Source: Candidatus Margulisiibacteriota bacterium
Lineage (GTDB): Bacteria > Margulisbacteria > WOR-1 > O2-12-FULL-45-9
DNA length: 16,124 bases
Reading direction: 5' to 3'
NCBI GenBank assembly: GCA_043816785.1
Contig: JBDRHP010000103.1
Span: 1 to 16,124, forward strand
Part shown: positions 7,280 through 16,123 of the stretch, piece by piece
How positions within the stretch are numbered: position 1 is the stretch's first letter
How the letters are laid out: every line of letters begins with the position of its first letter
Position numbers and translations under genes: made by a program
The notes under the pieces: generated by a model
What the model was told of the DNA's origin: nothing
Databases searched by the model: none
What the model saw: the letters and a program-made list of their open reading frames with translations, nothing else

Positions 7280-8145
7280 TGAAGATAGTTATCATTGGCG
7301 CTGATGGACAGCTGGGGACTGATCTGGTCAAGATTTTTCCGAAAAACGAGCTCGTCCCGCTGACGATCTATGATGTGGACATTACCGACCGCGCCAAGAC
7401 GCTTAAGGTTATCAAACAGCATTCTCCTGACGTGGTAATTAATACCGCGGCCTATAATCATGTTGATAAATGTGAAGACCATGAGGTGCCAGCCTTTGCG
7501 GTTAACACTTATGGCGTGAAATATGTTGCCGAGGCTTGCCTGGAAACCGGTGCCGCGTTGGTCCATATCTCAACTGATTATGTTTTTGACGGTGCGAAGG
7601 GCAGCCCCTACCTTGAGACTGATCAGCCCAACCCGCAATCGATCTACGCGATCTCAAAATACGCTGGCGAACAATGTGTTAAATCTATCCTGAACAAATA
7701 TTTTATTGTCCGCTCGTCAGGTCTTTACGGTGCGGCTGGCTGTTTGGGTAAGGGTGGGGGCAATTTTGTGGAAGGCATGCTTAAGCGCGCTGCTTCCCAG
7801 TCTGAGTTGAAGGTTGTTGCCGATGAGATCCTGGCACCGACATACTCTTTGGATCTGGCCAAAAATATCTATGAATTGATCAAAACAAAACATTACGGCC
7901 TCTATCATATTGTAAACCACGGCAGCTGCTCCTGGTATGATTTTACCGTTAAGATCTTTGAGCTGTTGGATCGGAAAGTCGTGATCCATAGGCTGACCGC
8001 AGCTGAATTCAAAGCCAAGGCAAAGCGGCCTCAATACTCTGTGCTCAAGAACGCAAACCTGGAAAAGATCGGGCTGGATAAAATGCGCCCCTGGCCGGAG
8101 GCTCTTAAGGCCTACCTGGCTGAAAAAGGTCATCTTAAAACTTGA
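7279..8145 (+). CDS. rfbD: dTDP-4-dehydrorhamnose reductase (RmlD)
   Basis: GADGQLG, NTAAYNHVD, HISTDYVFDG, YAISK (YxxxK) and RPQYSVL. ATG at 7279 sits in a TGATG overlap (the ORF track starts at TTG 7276). Confidence 0.92.
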   Translation: MKIVIIGADGQLGTDLVKIFPKNELVPLTIYDVDITDRAKTLKVIKQHSPDVVINTAAYNHVDKCEDHEVPAFAVNTYGVKYVAEACLETGAALVHISTDYVFDGAKGSPYLETDQPNPQSIYAISKYAGEQCVKSILNKYFIVRSSGLYGAAGCLGKGGGNFVEGMLKRAASQSELKVVADEILAPTYSLDLAKNIYELIKTKHYGLYHIVNHGSCSWYDFTVKIFELLDRKVVIHRLTAAEFKAKAKRPQYSVLKNANLEKIGLDKMRPWPEALKAYLAEKGHLKT

Positions 8146-9233
8146 TGAGGATCGCGATTGTCCATGATTATCTTAATCAATTTGGCGGGGCCGAGAGAGT
8201 GGTTTCTGCCCTGAATGAGATTTGGCCGCAGACCCCGATCTACACCTCGATCTTTGACGAGAAAAGAATGCCGGAAAACTTTCAGCGCATGGATATTCGC
8301 ACTTCCTTTATGCAGCGCCTGCCATTTGTCTTTAGATTTTTTAAATTATACCTGCTTTTTTACCCTTTAGCTTTTGAAAGTTTTGATTTAAGTGGATATG
8401 ACGTGATCCTTTCATCTAGCTCAGCCTTTGCCAAAGGCATCAGGAAAAGGCCTGGGCAGCTGCATATTTGTTATTGTTATACACCAATGCGTTTTGTTTG
8501 GCGCCATGATGATTATGTGAAGCAAGAGAGTTTTGGGTCTTTGGTCAAGGCGATCTTGCTCTGGGTGCTTGAGCCGTTAAAAAAATGGGATTTGGCTACC
8601 GCGCAGAGCGTTGACCATTATCTGGCTATTTCCCGCACTGTTGCGGAAAGGATCGCGGTGACTTATGGTCGGAAATCTGATATAATTTATCCGCCGGTAG
8701 ATACTGAAAACTACGAGATTTCATCGATTGCCAGGGATTACTTTTTGGTGGTTTCCAGGTTAAACGCTTACAAGCGGATTGATGTGGTAATTGAGGCTTT
8801 TAATGAACTGGGGCTGCCTTTGAAGATCATTGGCAGCGGTCCTGCAGCCAGGGAGTTGCAAAGGATCGCCAAGCCAAACATTGAATTTTTGGGCAGGCAG
8901 CCGGATGATGTGCTGGCCCAGCATTACTCAGAGTGCCGGGCCCTTATTTTTCCCGGGGAAGAAGATTTTGGCATTGTGCCGGTAGAGGCCATGGCCTCCG
9001 GCCGTCCGGTAATAGCATACAAGGCCGGCGGCGCGACAGAAACGATTATTGACGGTAAGACCGGGATTTTCTTTAAGGAACAAACGCCGGCTTCGTTGAT
9101 CAGCGCGATCAAACGATTTCAATTTGAGGTTTTTAATCAGCAAGAGATCAGGGAGCATGCTTTGAAGTTTTCTAAAGGGATATTTATGAGGCGTTTGAGT
9201 GACTTTGTGGAACAAAAGCTGAAGGGGGCTTAG
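8145..9233 (+). CDS. Glycosyltransferase family 4 (WbaZ-like, possibly mannosyltransferase)
   Basis: IAIVHDYLNQFGGAERV, CYCYTPMRF, IYPPVD, YKRID and EEDFGIVPVEAMASG (ExFG..x.EA). ATG at 8145 sits in a TGATG overlap. Confidence 0.9.
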   Translation: MRIAIVHDYLNQFGGAERVVSALNEIWPQTPIYTSIFDEKRMPENFQRMDIRTSFMQRLPFVFRFFKLYLLFYPLAFESFDLSGYDVILSSSSAFAKGIRKRPGQLHICYCYTPMRFVWRHDDYVKQESFGSLVKAILLWVLEPLKKWDLATAQSVDHYLAISRTVAERIAVTYGRKSDIIYPPVDTENYEISSIARDYFLVVSRLNAYKRIDVVIEAFNELGLPLKIIGSGPAARELQRIAKPNIEFLGRQPDDVLAQHYSECRALIFPGEEDFGIVPVEAMASGRPVIAYKAGGATETIIDGKTGIFFKEQTPASLISAIKRFQFEVFNQQEIREHALKFSKGIFMRRLSDFVEQKLKGA

Positions 9234-10217
9234 ATGAAAGCGCTCATTACCGGGATAACGGGGCAGGACGGGTCATATTTGGCCGAACTTCTTTTGGCTA
9301 AGGGTTATGATGTTCATGGCGTGGTAAGAAGGGTTGCCTTGGAGGATCCAGAACATCGGCTCTGGCGCATAAAGCATCTTTTGGATAAAATAACCTTACA
9401 CTCAGCCTCATTAGAAAGTTATGCCAGCATATTTAAAGTGGTAGAAAAGGTCAAGCCCGAAGAATGCTATCACCTTGCTGCCCAGAGCTTTGTTGATTAC
9501 TCCTTTGGGGATGAGTTCTCTACTTTTAATTCCAACATTAATGGGACCCTTTACGTTATCTCGGCCATCAAAGAAAAGGCGCCTAAGTGCAGGTTTTATT
9601 TTGCCGGCTCAAGTGAGATGTTTGGCCTGGTCAAGGAATCCCCGCAAAATGAAAATACTCCGTTCCACCCGCGTTCTCCCTATGGTATTTCTAAGGTTGC
9701 CGGATTTAATATTACCCAAAACTTTCGTGAAGCTTATCATCTGTTTGCCTGCAGCGGGATCCTTTTTAACCACGAATCTCCGCGCCGGGGATTTGAATTT
9801 GTTACGCGCAAGATCACTGATCGGGCGGCTAGGATCAAATTAGGCCTGGCTTCCGGGTTAAAGCTGGGTAATTTAGAAGCTAAAAGAGATTGGGGCTTTG
9901 CCCAGGATTATGTTGAGGCCATGTGGCTGATGCTGCAGCAGGCTAAGCCTGATGATTATGTGATCGCGACTGGCGAGACCCATTCAGTGCGTGAGTTTGC
10001 GGAACTGGCTTTTAAACAGGTTGGGTTGAATTGGCAAGATCATGTGGTGACGGATGAAACCTTTTATCGGCCGGCTGAGGTGCACCTGCTGCTGGGGGAC
10101 TCCAGCAAGGCCAGCCAAAAGCTGGGTTGGCAGCCTAAAGTGAAATTTGCTGATCTAGTAAAAATGATGGTGGAAGCGGATCTAAAGCGGTTATCAGCAA
10201 AAAGGGAAAATAAATGA
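9234..10217 (+). CDS. gmd: GDP-mannose 4,6-dehydratase
   Basis: ALITGITGQDGSYLAELLL, HLAAQSFV, SSEMFG, PRSPYGISK, GILFNHESPRRG, RDWGFA and RPAEV. Confidence 0.96.
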   Translation: MKALITGITGQDGSYLAELLLAKGYDVHGVVRRVALEDPEHRLWRIKHLLDKITLHSASLESYASIFKVVEKVKPEECYHLAAQSFVDYSFGDEFSTFNSNINGTLYVISAIKEKAPKCRFYFAGSSEMFGLVKESPQNENTPFHPRSPYGISKVAGFNITQNFREAYHLFACSGILFNHESPRRGFEFVTRKITDRAARIKLGLASGLKLGNLEAKRDWGFAQDYVEAMWLMLQQAKPDDYVIATGETHSVREFAELAFKQVGLNWQDHVVTDETFYRPAEVHLLLGDSSKASQKLGWQPKVKFADLVKMMVEADLKRLSAKRENK

Positions 10218-12763
10218 TTAAAAAGAAATCTCAAGCAAGAATAGATTGGGATTCCTCCTGGTTGTTTGATTTTGCTGTGGAAATCTTGATCCTGATCGTG
10301 ATCTTCATCATGCCCGTTATCTTTGATCGGAGATTAGGGATCGTTTTTTCCGGCACCAAAACAGCCTGGATGCGCGTTTTCGGCTCGCTCATTTTTGGCG
10401 TCTGGGCGATCAAGCTGGTCATTACCAAGCAGCACCGCTTTTTCCGCACCGCGCTCGATTGGCCGGTGCTGTCATTTTTGTTTTGTACCACGATAGCGAC
10501 ATTGTCCTCAGTCCATGTTTATACCAGCTTGGTGGGTTTTTACGGCCGCTATGAGGGCTTGACCAGCTGGTATTTATTCGGCCTGTTCTTTTTTGTTATT
10601 ACAAATTATATGCGCTCCCCGGCCCAGTTAAGGCGGATAATAATGGTCGTTGTTTCGGCGGCGACCTTAATGTCGATCTACTCAATTATTCAGCGCTTTG
10701 CCCTTGATCCTTATATGTGGGGCGGGGTTATCACCTGGCAAAGGGTCATCGGGACCATCGGGCAGCCTAACTTTCTGGCGGCCTACATGCTGATGGCCTT
10801 CTTTATGATCCTTTATTTGATTTTACTGGACAAAAAGGACATTTTGCCGGAGAGCGAATGGTACGAGCAGCTGTATCCGATAGGCTATTTTGTTTTTTGC
10901 CAGATCGGTTTTCTAGTCATGATTTACACTCTTGAGGCCTTTAACGTCTTGCTCTGGTATTTTGGTTTTACGGCTGTGACGGCTGCGGCTTTACTCTTTG
11001 CTTTTTATTACGACCGGCTGCATCCCAAGGTGTTGAACCTTGTTTTGGGCGCGTGTCTCTTGCTAATATATATTTCAATCCTCTTTACTCAAAGCCGCGG
11101 CGGCTACATGGGGCTGTTTGCCGGCATAGTGGTATTTTGTTTGGTTGCTGGCCGCCATTGGCTGTTGATGCACTGGAGAAAAATGTTGATCCTTGCTTCG
11201 CTGATCATTTTGGTCTCTGGCGTAACAATGACCCGGTCAGAGTTCTCGCCCTTTGAGCGTTTTACTAAAGAGATAACAACGGAGCAGGTAGAGGAGACGG
11301 AAAAAGAGAACGCTGTTGAATCTAAAACTGAATCAAAGCTGGAGTTGAAAGGCGCGGCTGGCTCGCGCGGTGAAACTTGGAAAAGCGCTTTTAGTATTAT
11401 TGCTGATAATCCTTTCTTTGGTATCGGGCCCGAAGTGCTAAAAATGGTCTTTCCCAGGTACGAGACCGAACTCTTCCGTTTTAAGGAAGCCTTTCATGTT
11501 AAACAGGATCGCTGCCATAATGAGACCTTTGATGTTGGGGTGACCAAGGGGCTGATCACTTTTTTTGCCTATCTCTGGCTGCTTTTTGTTTTCTTCCGGG
11601 TCGGCTGGTTGAAGGCTAATAGGGGCAGCGATAACGAGAGGCTTATGCTGGCCGGCCTATTGGCGGCTGCCGTGGCCTTTTTGATCCAGAATCAGTTCAG
11701 CTTTGGTGTAGTGGCGATCACTTCCCTTTTTTGGGTGATCTGGGCTATGGTCATGGTGGTGGGAGAGAAAGATGGCCAGGGTGAAAGCAAGAAATTTTCC
11801 TGGCTTGAGGCGCCCTGGTTTGCCATCGCATTAATTGGTTTGCTGGTGGCATTTTTAGTTTATGTTTCCTTTCTCTCCTTTAGGGGCGATGTCTGGTTTA
11901 AATCCGGCAAGAACGAAATGCAAGTCGCTAGGTTCGCTGAGGCGGCAGCGGATTTTGACAGATCTCTTAATGTTTTCCCCTTTGAAGGCGGTACTGTTTC
12001 TCATAAGGGCATTGCCCATCTTAATCTTTCCAACCAAAAGCCAGAGCAAAGAAGAGACCAAATAAACTTGGCTATTGCTGCTTTGCGTTACGGGACTCAG
12101 ATCGACGCATACAATGCGGATAATTTTTACCTCCTGGCTAAAATATACCTGATGCTCAATGATCTGGCTGAAGCAGGTGACTTGGCTGATAAGGCCTTAA
12201 AGATCGACCCATACTATGCGGAAGTCTACCATACCAGGGGGATGATCCATGAACGTCTGGGAAAGAACGCTGAGGCTGCCTGGCATTACGAAAAGGCTTT
12301 CATGATCAATCCGGGCCTGACACAGCCGCTGCAGGATCTTGAGCGGCTTAACCGGCGGTTGGGCAAAGACTCAGAAACCCTTAAGGCTTTGGAACGGGGG
12401 CTAAAGCGCTATGAAGGTCATTTGTTGTTTTTGGAGAGGACAGCTAGCTATTATTTAATGCAGGGCAGGGAAGATCAGGCCCTGGCCTTTGCCAGCAAGA
12501 TGATCAAGCAAAGTCCTAAGTCAGCAAACGGCTATCTGATCCGCGCCTCTGTTTATCAGCGCCAGGGGAAAATTGCTCAAGCTTATTCTGACCTGCAACA
12601 GGTCATTATAAATGATCCCAAGAACGTGGTTGCCCATAATGAGTTAGGTAGGGTGTATTTGATCAGAGGTGAGCGAGGCAGGGCCCGGGATGAGTTTGAA
12701 CAGGTTCAGAGACTCGATCCCAATAATGATTTCGCTAAAAAAATGCTGGACAGGCTAAAATAA
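10214..12763 (+). CDS. O-antigen ligase-like (Wzy_C) polytopic membrane protein with C-terminal TPR repeats
   Basis: Many hydrophobic segments, with motifs GRYEG, GTIGQPNFLAAY, TQSRGG, W...IIADNPFFGIGP and RCHNE (HN at 11516-11521). TPR-like repeats run from ~11890 to the end (ALKIDPYYAEVY, INDPKNVVAHNELGRVY, RLDPNN). Confidence 0.85.
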   Translation: MIKKKSQARIDWDSSWLFDFAVEILILIVIFIMPVIFDRRLGIVFSGTKTAWMRVFGSLIFGVWAIKLVITKQHRFFRTALDWPVLSFLFCTTIATLSSVHVYTSLVGFYGRYEGLTSWYLFGLFFFVITNYMRSPAQLRRIIMVVVSAATLMSIYSIIQRFALDPYMWGGVITWQRVIGTIGQPNFLAAYMLMAFFMILYLILLDKKDILPESEWYEQLYPIGYFVFCQIGFLVMIYTLEAFNVLLWYFGFTAVTAAALLFAFYYDRLHPKVLNLVLGACLLLIYISILFTQSRGGYMGLFAGIVVFCLVAGRHWLLMHWRKMLILASLIILVSGVTMTRSEFSPFERFTKEITTEQVEETEKENAVESKTESKLELKGAAGSRGETWKSAFSIIADNPFFGIGPEVLKMVFPRYETELFRFKEAFHVKQDRCHNETFDVGVTKGLITFFAYLWLLFVFFRVGWLKANRGSDNERLMLAGLLAAAVAFLIQNQFSFGVVAITSLFWVIWAMVMVVGEKDGQGESKKFSWLEAPWFAIALIGLLVAFLVYVSFLSFRGDVWFKSGKNEMQVARFAEAAADFDRSLNVFPFEGGTVSHKGIAHLNLSNQKPEQRRDQINLAIAALRYGTQIDAYNADNFYLLAKIYLMLNDLAEAGDLADKALKIDPYYAEVYHTRGMIHERLGKNAEAAWHYEKAFMINPGLTQPLQDLERLNRRLGKDSETLKALERGLKRYEGHLLFLERTASYYLMQGREDQALAFASKMIKQSPKSANGYLIRASVYQRQGKIAQAYSDLQQVIINDPKNVVAHNELGRVYLIRGERGRARDEFEQVQRLDPNNDFAKKMLDRLK

Positions 12764-12767
12764 AACT

Positions 12768-14159
12768 ATGTTTATGTTCATTCTGGATGCTGTTTTAATA
12801 TTCATTTCTTTTATCCTGGCTTATTTTCTTCGTTTTGAGGTTTTGCTCTTTATCACCCCTGATTCAGCGCCCATCTTCCAACAATATTTTAATATCCTGG
12901 TCTTTGTCACGATAATCTGGCTGGCGCTCTTTAAGCTGATCGGGCTTTATGAGGCAAAAAAGTTCACCGCGCTGATCGATGAACTGGCCTCTCTTTTCTT
13001 GGGCGTATCCCTGGCCACTTTGGTACTGCTGGGTATGCTCTTTCTCAATCAGGAGTTTTGGTTCTCCCGCTTGGTGATCGTTAATGTCTGGTGGATCGCT
13101 CTTTTGCTATTGGGTTTGTCTCGATTGGCTATTTTTTGGCTGCGCCGAACTTTGCGTTTGCGCGGCTGGGGAGTGAAAAACGTTTTGATCCTGGGTGCTG
13201 GGGAGATGGGGCAAGTATTAGCCCTGAAGATAACACAGGATAAAACATTGGGCTATAGAGTTGTTGGTTATTTGGATGATGATCCAGTAAAACTGGCCAA
13301 GACTTATAATACTGTTACTGTTTTGGGTGAAACTGCTAAGGTATTAGAGGTGATTAAAAGCCAAAAAGTAGAAGAGATAATTATTGCCAGCTCAAAATTT
13401 TCAGCGCAAAAGATCCTTGATATTATTACCGAGTGCGAGAGGTGCGGCGTTGAATTTAAGCTGGTGCCGGGGATCCTGGAGCTTATAGCCAGTCGAGTAG
13501 ATGTTGATGAGCTTGGCGGCATCCCCTTGCTGACGGTTTCCGAGATCCAGCTCAAAGGTTTTAATGCGGTTGTCAAACGGGGGACTGATATTGTTTTTTC
13601 TGCGGCTGGCATATTGCTTTTGTCCCCACTGTACTTGTTGTTTACTGCCCTGGTTAAAATAACTTCTGACGGGCCGGCTTTCTTTCCTCATAAAAGAGTT
13701 GGCTTGGATGGGAAAACTTTTCGCATGTATAAGTTCAGGTCAATGATCAGGGACGCGGAAAATGAATTTCCCCAGCTTGAGCCGCTGTCTGAAGTGGCAG
13801 GGAACCTTTTCAAAATAAAGGATGATCCGCGCATAACCCCGTTAGGAAAATTTATGAGGCGCTGGAGCATTGATGAGTTTCCCCAGCTTATCAATGTATT
13901 GTTGGGCGATATGAGTTTGGTCGGGCCTCGGCCTCCCTTGCCGCGGGAAGTAGGGAAATATACTGCCTGGCATAAAAAACGCTTAAGGGTTAGACCGGGG
14001 ATCACAGGGGCCTGGCAGGTTTCCGGCCGGTCACTTTTGCCTTTTGACGATATGGTCAGATTGGATATCTATTATATTGAAAATTGGTCGCTGTGGCTGG
14101 ACCTAAAAATTTTATTGAGAACTATTCCCGTAGTGCTGACTGGCAGCGGCGCATTCTAA
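12768..14159 (+). CDS. Undecaprenyl-phosphate sugar-1-phosphate transferase (WcaJ/WbaP/CpsE family)
   Basis: Four N-terminal TM segments, a GAGEMG nucleotide-binding-like domain, then the Bac_transf motifs KRGTDIV, MYKFRSM, DDPRITPLGKFMRRWSIDEFPQLINVLLGDMSLVGPRP, RPGITG and DIYYIENWS. Confidence 0.93.
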   Translation: MFMFILDAVLIFISFILAYFLRFEVLLFITPDSAPIFQQYFNILVFVTIIWLALFKLIGLYEAKKFTALIDELASLFLGVSLATLVLLGMLFLNQEFWFSRLVIVNVWWIALLLLGLSRLAIFWLRRTLRLRGWGVKNVLILGAGEMGQVLALKITQDKTLGYRVVGYLDDDPVKLAKTYNTVTVLGETAKVLEVIKSQKVEEIIIASSKFSAQKILDIITECERCGVEFKLVPGILELIASRVDVDELGGIPLLTVSEIQLKGFNAVVKRGTDIVFSAAGILLLSPLYLLFTALVKITSDGPAFFPHKRVGLDGKTFRMYKFRSMIRDAENEFPQLEPLSEVAGNLFKIKDDPRITPLGKFMRRWSIDEFPQLINVLLGDMSLVGPRPPLPREVGKYTAWHKKRLRVRPGITGAWQVSGRSLLPFDDMVRLDIYYIENWSLWLDLKILLRTIPVVLTGSGAF

Positions 14160-14164
14160 ACCTA

Positions 14165-16123
14165 TTATTTTACGACGACGATCTTTCCCTTCCTGCTTTC
14201 ATTTATCCCATTAGCTGAAACAGAAAAGAAATAAGGATAAATGCCGTTGGCCGTTATCTGGCCAAACTGATCAATCCCGCTCCAGGCGGTTACCCCAGAG
14301 CTGGCGTTATTAAGCTCCTTGACCCAGATCAGGGTTCCGGTAATGTCATATATTCGGATCTTTATATCAGAGGGCTGGGCTAAGGCATAAGAAAAAACCA
14401 TGCCTTTGCCTTGGGTGGAAAAAGCGCCGGGCAGGTCCTGGACCGGCGAAAATGGGTTGGGGCCATGGACAAAACTGGTGATCAGCTTTGATGATGTCTG
14501 GCCGCTGAAAAAAGTGCGGACAGTTTCGCTGGCCGTGTTGCCGGCCTGGTCAGCGGCCTCGATAATAATATCATTATTGCCGGAAGCCAGTTTTACTTCA
14601 ACTGAGAAGTGGTTTCCGTTCAAGGCAAAACTCTTGGTTTCAGTCAGGCGGTTGCTTACCTTGATCAAAGCAGGATATTTATCATTAACATTGCCTTCGA
14701 TTTGGAGCTTATCCTGGCTAATCCGCGCTTCAATTTGGCTGTCAATGGTTAACAGGGGTGGTGTAGTGTCAACGATCACTGAGAAGACAACTGCTTCAGC
14801 AGTATTACCGACCAGGTCACGAGGCAGGACTTCGACTTCATAGGTTCCTTCGAGCAGTTGTTGGTTATTGGTGATAACCAGTCCATCAGCTTCGGCGCTA
14901 ACCGTGCCTTCAAAAGAAACACCAATGAGTTTTATAATCGTGCCAGACAGATCAAGGCCGGCCCCCTGGTCTGACAGCGGAAGGGTAATAACCGTATGAG
15001 AATTTGTGTGACAGGCGGTTTTGGCTGGCTGGGTGACTTGCGGCGGCGAGCTGTCAATGTTGATAATAAAGTTTGCCTGACTTTGGTTGCCCGCTGTGTC
15101 AGCCAGGATAATTGAGGCTGGATGTGCCCCGTCCGCCAGTTCAGCTGGCAGGGCAATAAAACCAAATAACGAGCCTTCTTCCTGGTCATAGATTAAGGGG
15201 CTGTCGAGTTTCTTGCCATTGATTGCGATTTCTGCTTCGCTGCCGTCCTCAATACTGCCCTGAAGGTCAATAACTTGCGCGTCAACCATAATCGTTGAGT
15301 CGGGCTTAAACCAATTGCTGGCTCCCGGTGACAAAACAGAGATCTCAACAGATGCGGGATTGTAGAAGACTTCTTCGGTCAAATAAGCTGTGTTGCCGGC
15401 CTCATCACTTAGAATAAATGTGAAAAGATTGTTGCCAGGCGTAAGCTGGTGTTGATTTGTGAAGCTGCCGTTGGTTTCAAGAGTAACAGGCGCGTTGTTT
15501 ACCCATAACCAGGCAGGCGATTCGTTGACTGAGCCTTTAAAGACAATTTGCATGGTAGTTCTTACAGCTTCAAGCGAAAATATGGCCGGCGGCAGGGTAT
15601 CAATAGAAAAACTGGTTGCTTGACTGGGCTGGCTGTATCTAATGCCGTCAAAAAGGCTGGCCCGTAGAAAATAAGCGCCGTCCAAAAGATCGTTAGGCAA
15701 ACTGAGCTCAATTGATTCATTGATTATTTGAGAAATAAGCTGGCTAAAACGCCGCGTAGCTCTGCTGCTAAAATTAGTATCTGTCGACAGCTCGACCGCA
15801 AGAAGCAGGGGTGGGTCGTTGGCCAAGGAATAAGTCAGCTTCTGCCTGTCCTGGCCGAGCTTAATGCCGCTGGCCGGTGAAATAAGCTGCGGAGCAGCTA
15901 AAGGCAGCAGTTCAATCTCCTGGATTGCCAAGCGACCAGGGTAGGACAGCGCGCAAAACTTATCTTTGATAAAACCGAGCGCTAGGAGTTCATGGTCATA
16001 ATTAAGCAGCTGTTCGCTGCTAAAGCTTTCTCCCTGATCAAGAGAAACAACATAGTAGGACTTAAGCCTCTTCAGGTACTGATTTTGCCAAAAGATGATA
16101 AGCCCGTTTTCCGCCTGGCTGTT
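14165..16123 (-). CDS. Large secreted-type protein (5'-truncated): Asp-box region, multiple bacterial Ig-like domains, C-terminal FlgD-Ig/T9SS-like domain
   Basis: I translated beyond the ORF-track start (TTG 15931) and the frame stays open to the window end (NSQAENGLIIFWQNQYLKRLKSYYVVSLDQGESFSSEQ...). Ig-type motifs recur (DEAGN, DTAGN, DLVGN, DQAGN; IDTLPP, IDSSPP, VDTTPP). The CTD reads GPNPFSP...YAL...IRIYDITGTLIW...WSG.DQFG...NGIY...KGKIVVVK. Tandem stops TAA TAG. Confidence 0.8.
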   Translation of the reverse strand, partial: NSQAENGLIIFWQNQYLKRLKSYYVVSLDQGESFSSEQLLNYDHELLALGFIKDKFCALSYPGRLAIQEIELLPLAAPQLISPASGIKLGQDRQKLTYSLANDPPLLLAVELSTDTNFSSRATRRFSQLISQIINESIELSLPNDLLDGAYFLRASLFDGIRYSQPSQATSFSIDTLPPAIFSLEAVRTTMQIVFKGSVNESPAWLWVNNAPVTLETNGSFTNQHQLTPGNNLFTFILSDEAGNTAYLTEEVFYNPASVEISVLSPGASNWFKPDSTIMVDAQVIDLQGSIEDGSEAEIAINGKKLDSPLIYDQEEGSLFGFIALPAELADGAHPASIILADTAGNQSQANFIINIDSSPPQVTQPAKTACHTNSHTVITLPLSDQGAGLDLSGTIIKLIGVSFEGTVSAEADGLVITNNQQLLEGTYEVEVLPRDLVGNTAEAVVFSVIVDTTPPLLTIDSQIEARISQDKLQIEGNVNDKYPALIKVSNRLTETKSFALNGNHFSVEVKLASGNNDIIIEAADQAGNTASETVRTFFSGQTSSKLITSFVHGPNPFSPVQDLPGAFSTQGKGMVFSYALAQPSDIKIRIYDITGTLIWVKELNNASSGVTAWSGIDQFGQITANGIYPYFFSVSANGINESRKGKIVVVK

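Noticed and set aside
6341..8153. Two operon genes begin ATG AGG ATC, using the codon read by the leader tRNA-Arg(CCT)
   Set aside because: M-R-I is a common start for such folds and AGG is frequent throughout the window, so there is no evidence of regulatory use.
144..15189. Numerous short alternative ORFs (antisense or off-frame) in the ORF track
   Set aside because: All lie within well-supported genes and show no recognisable motifs; they are shadow ORFs.
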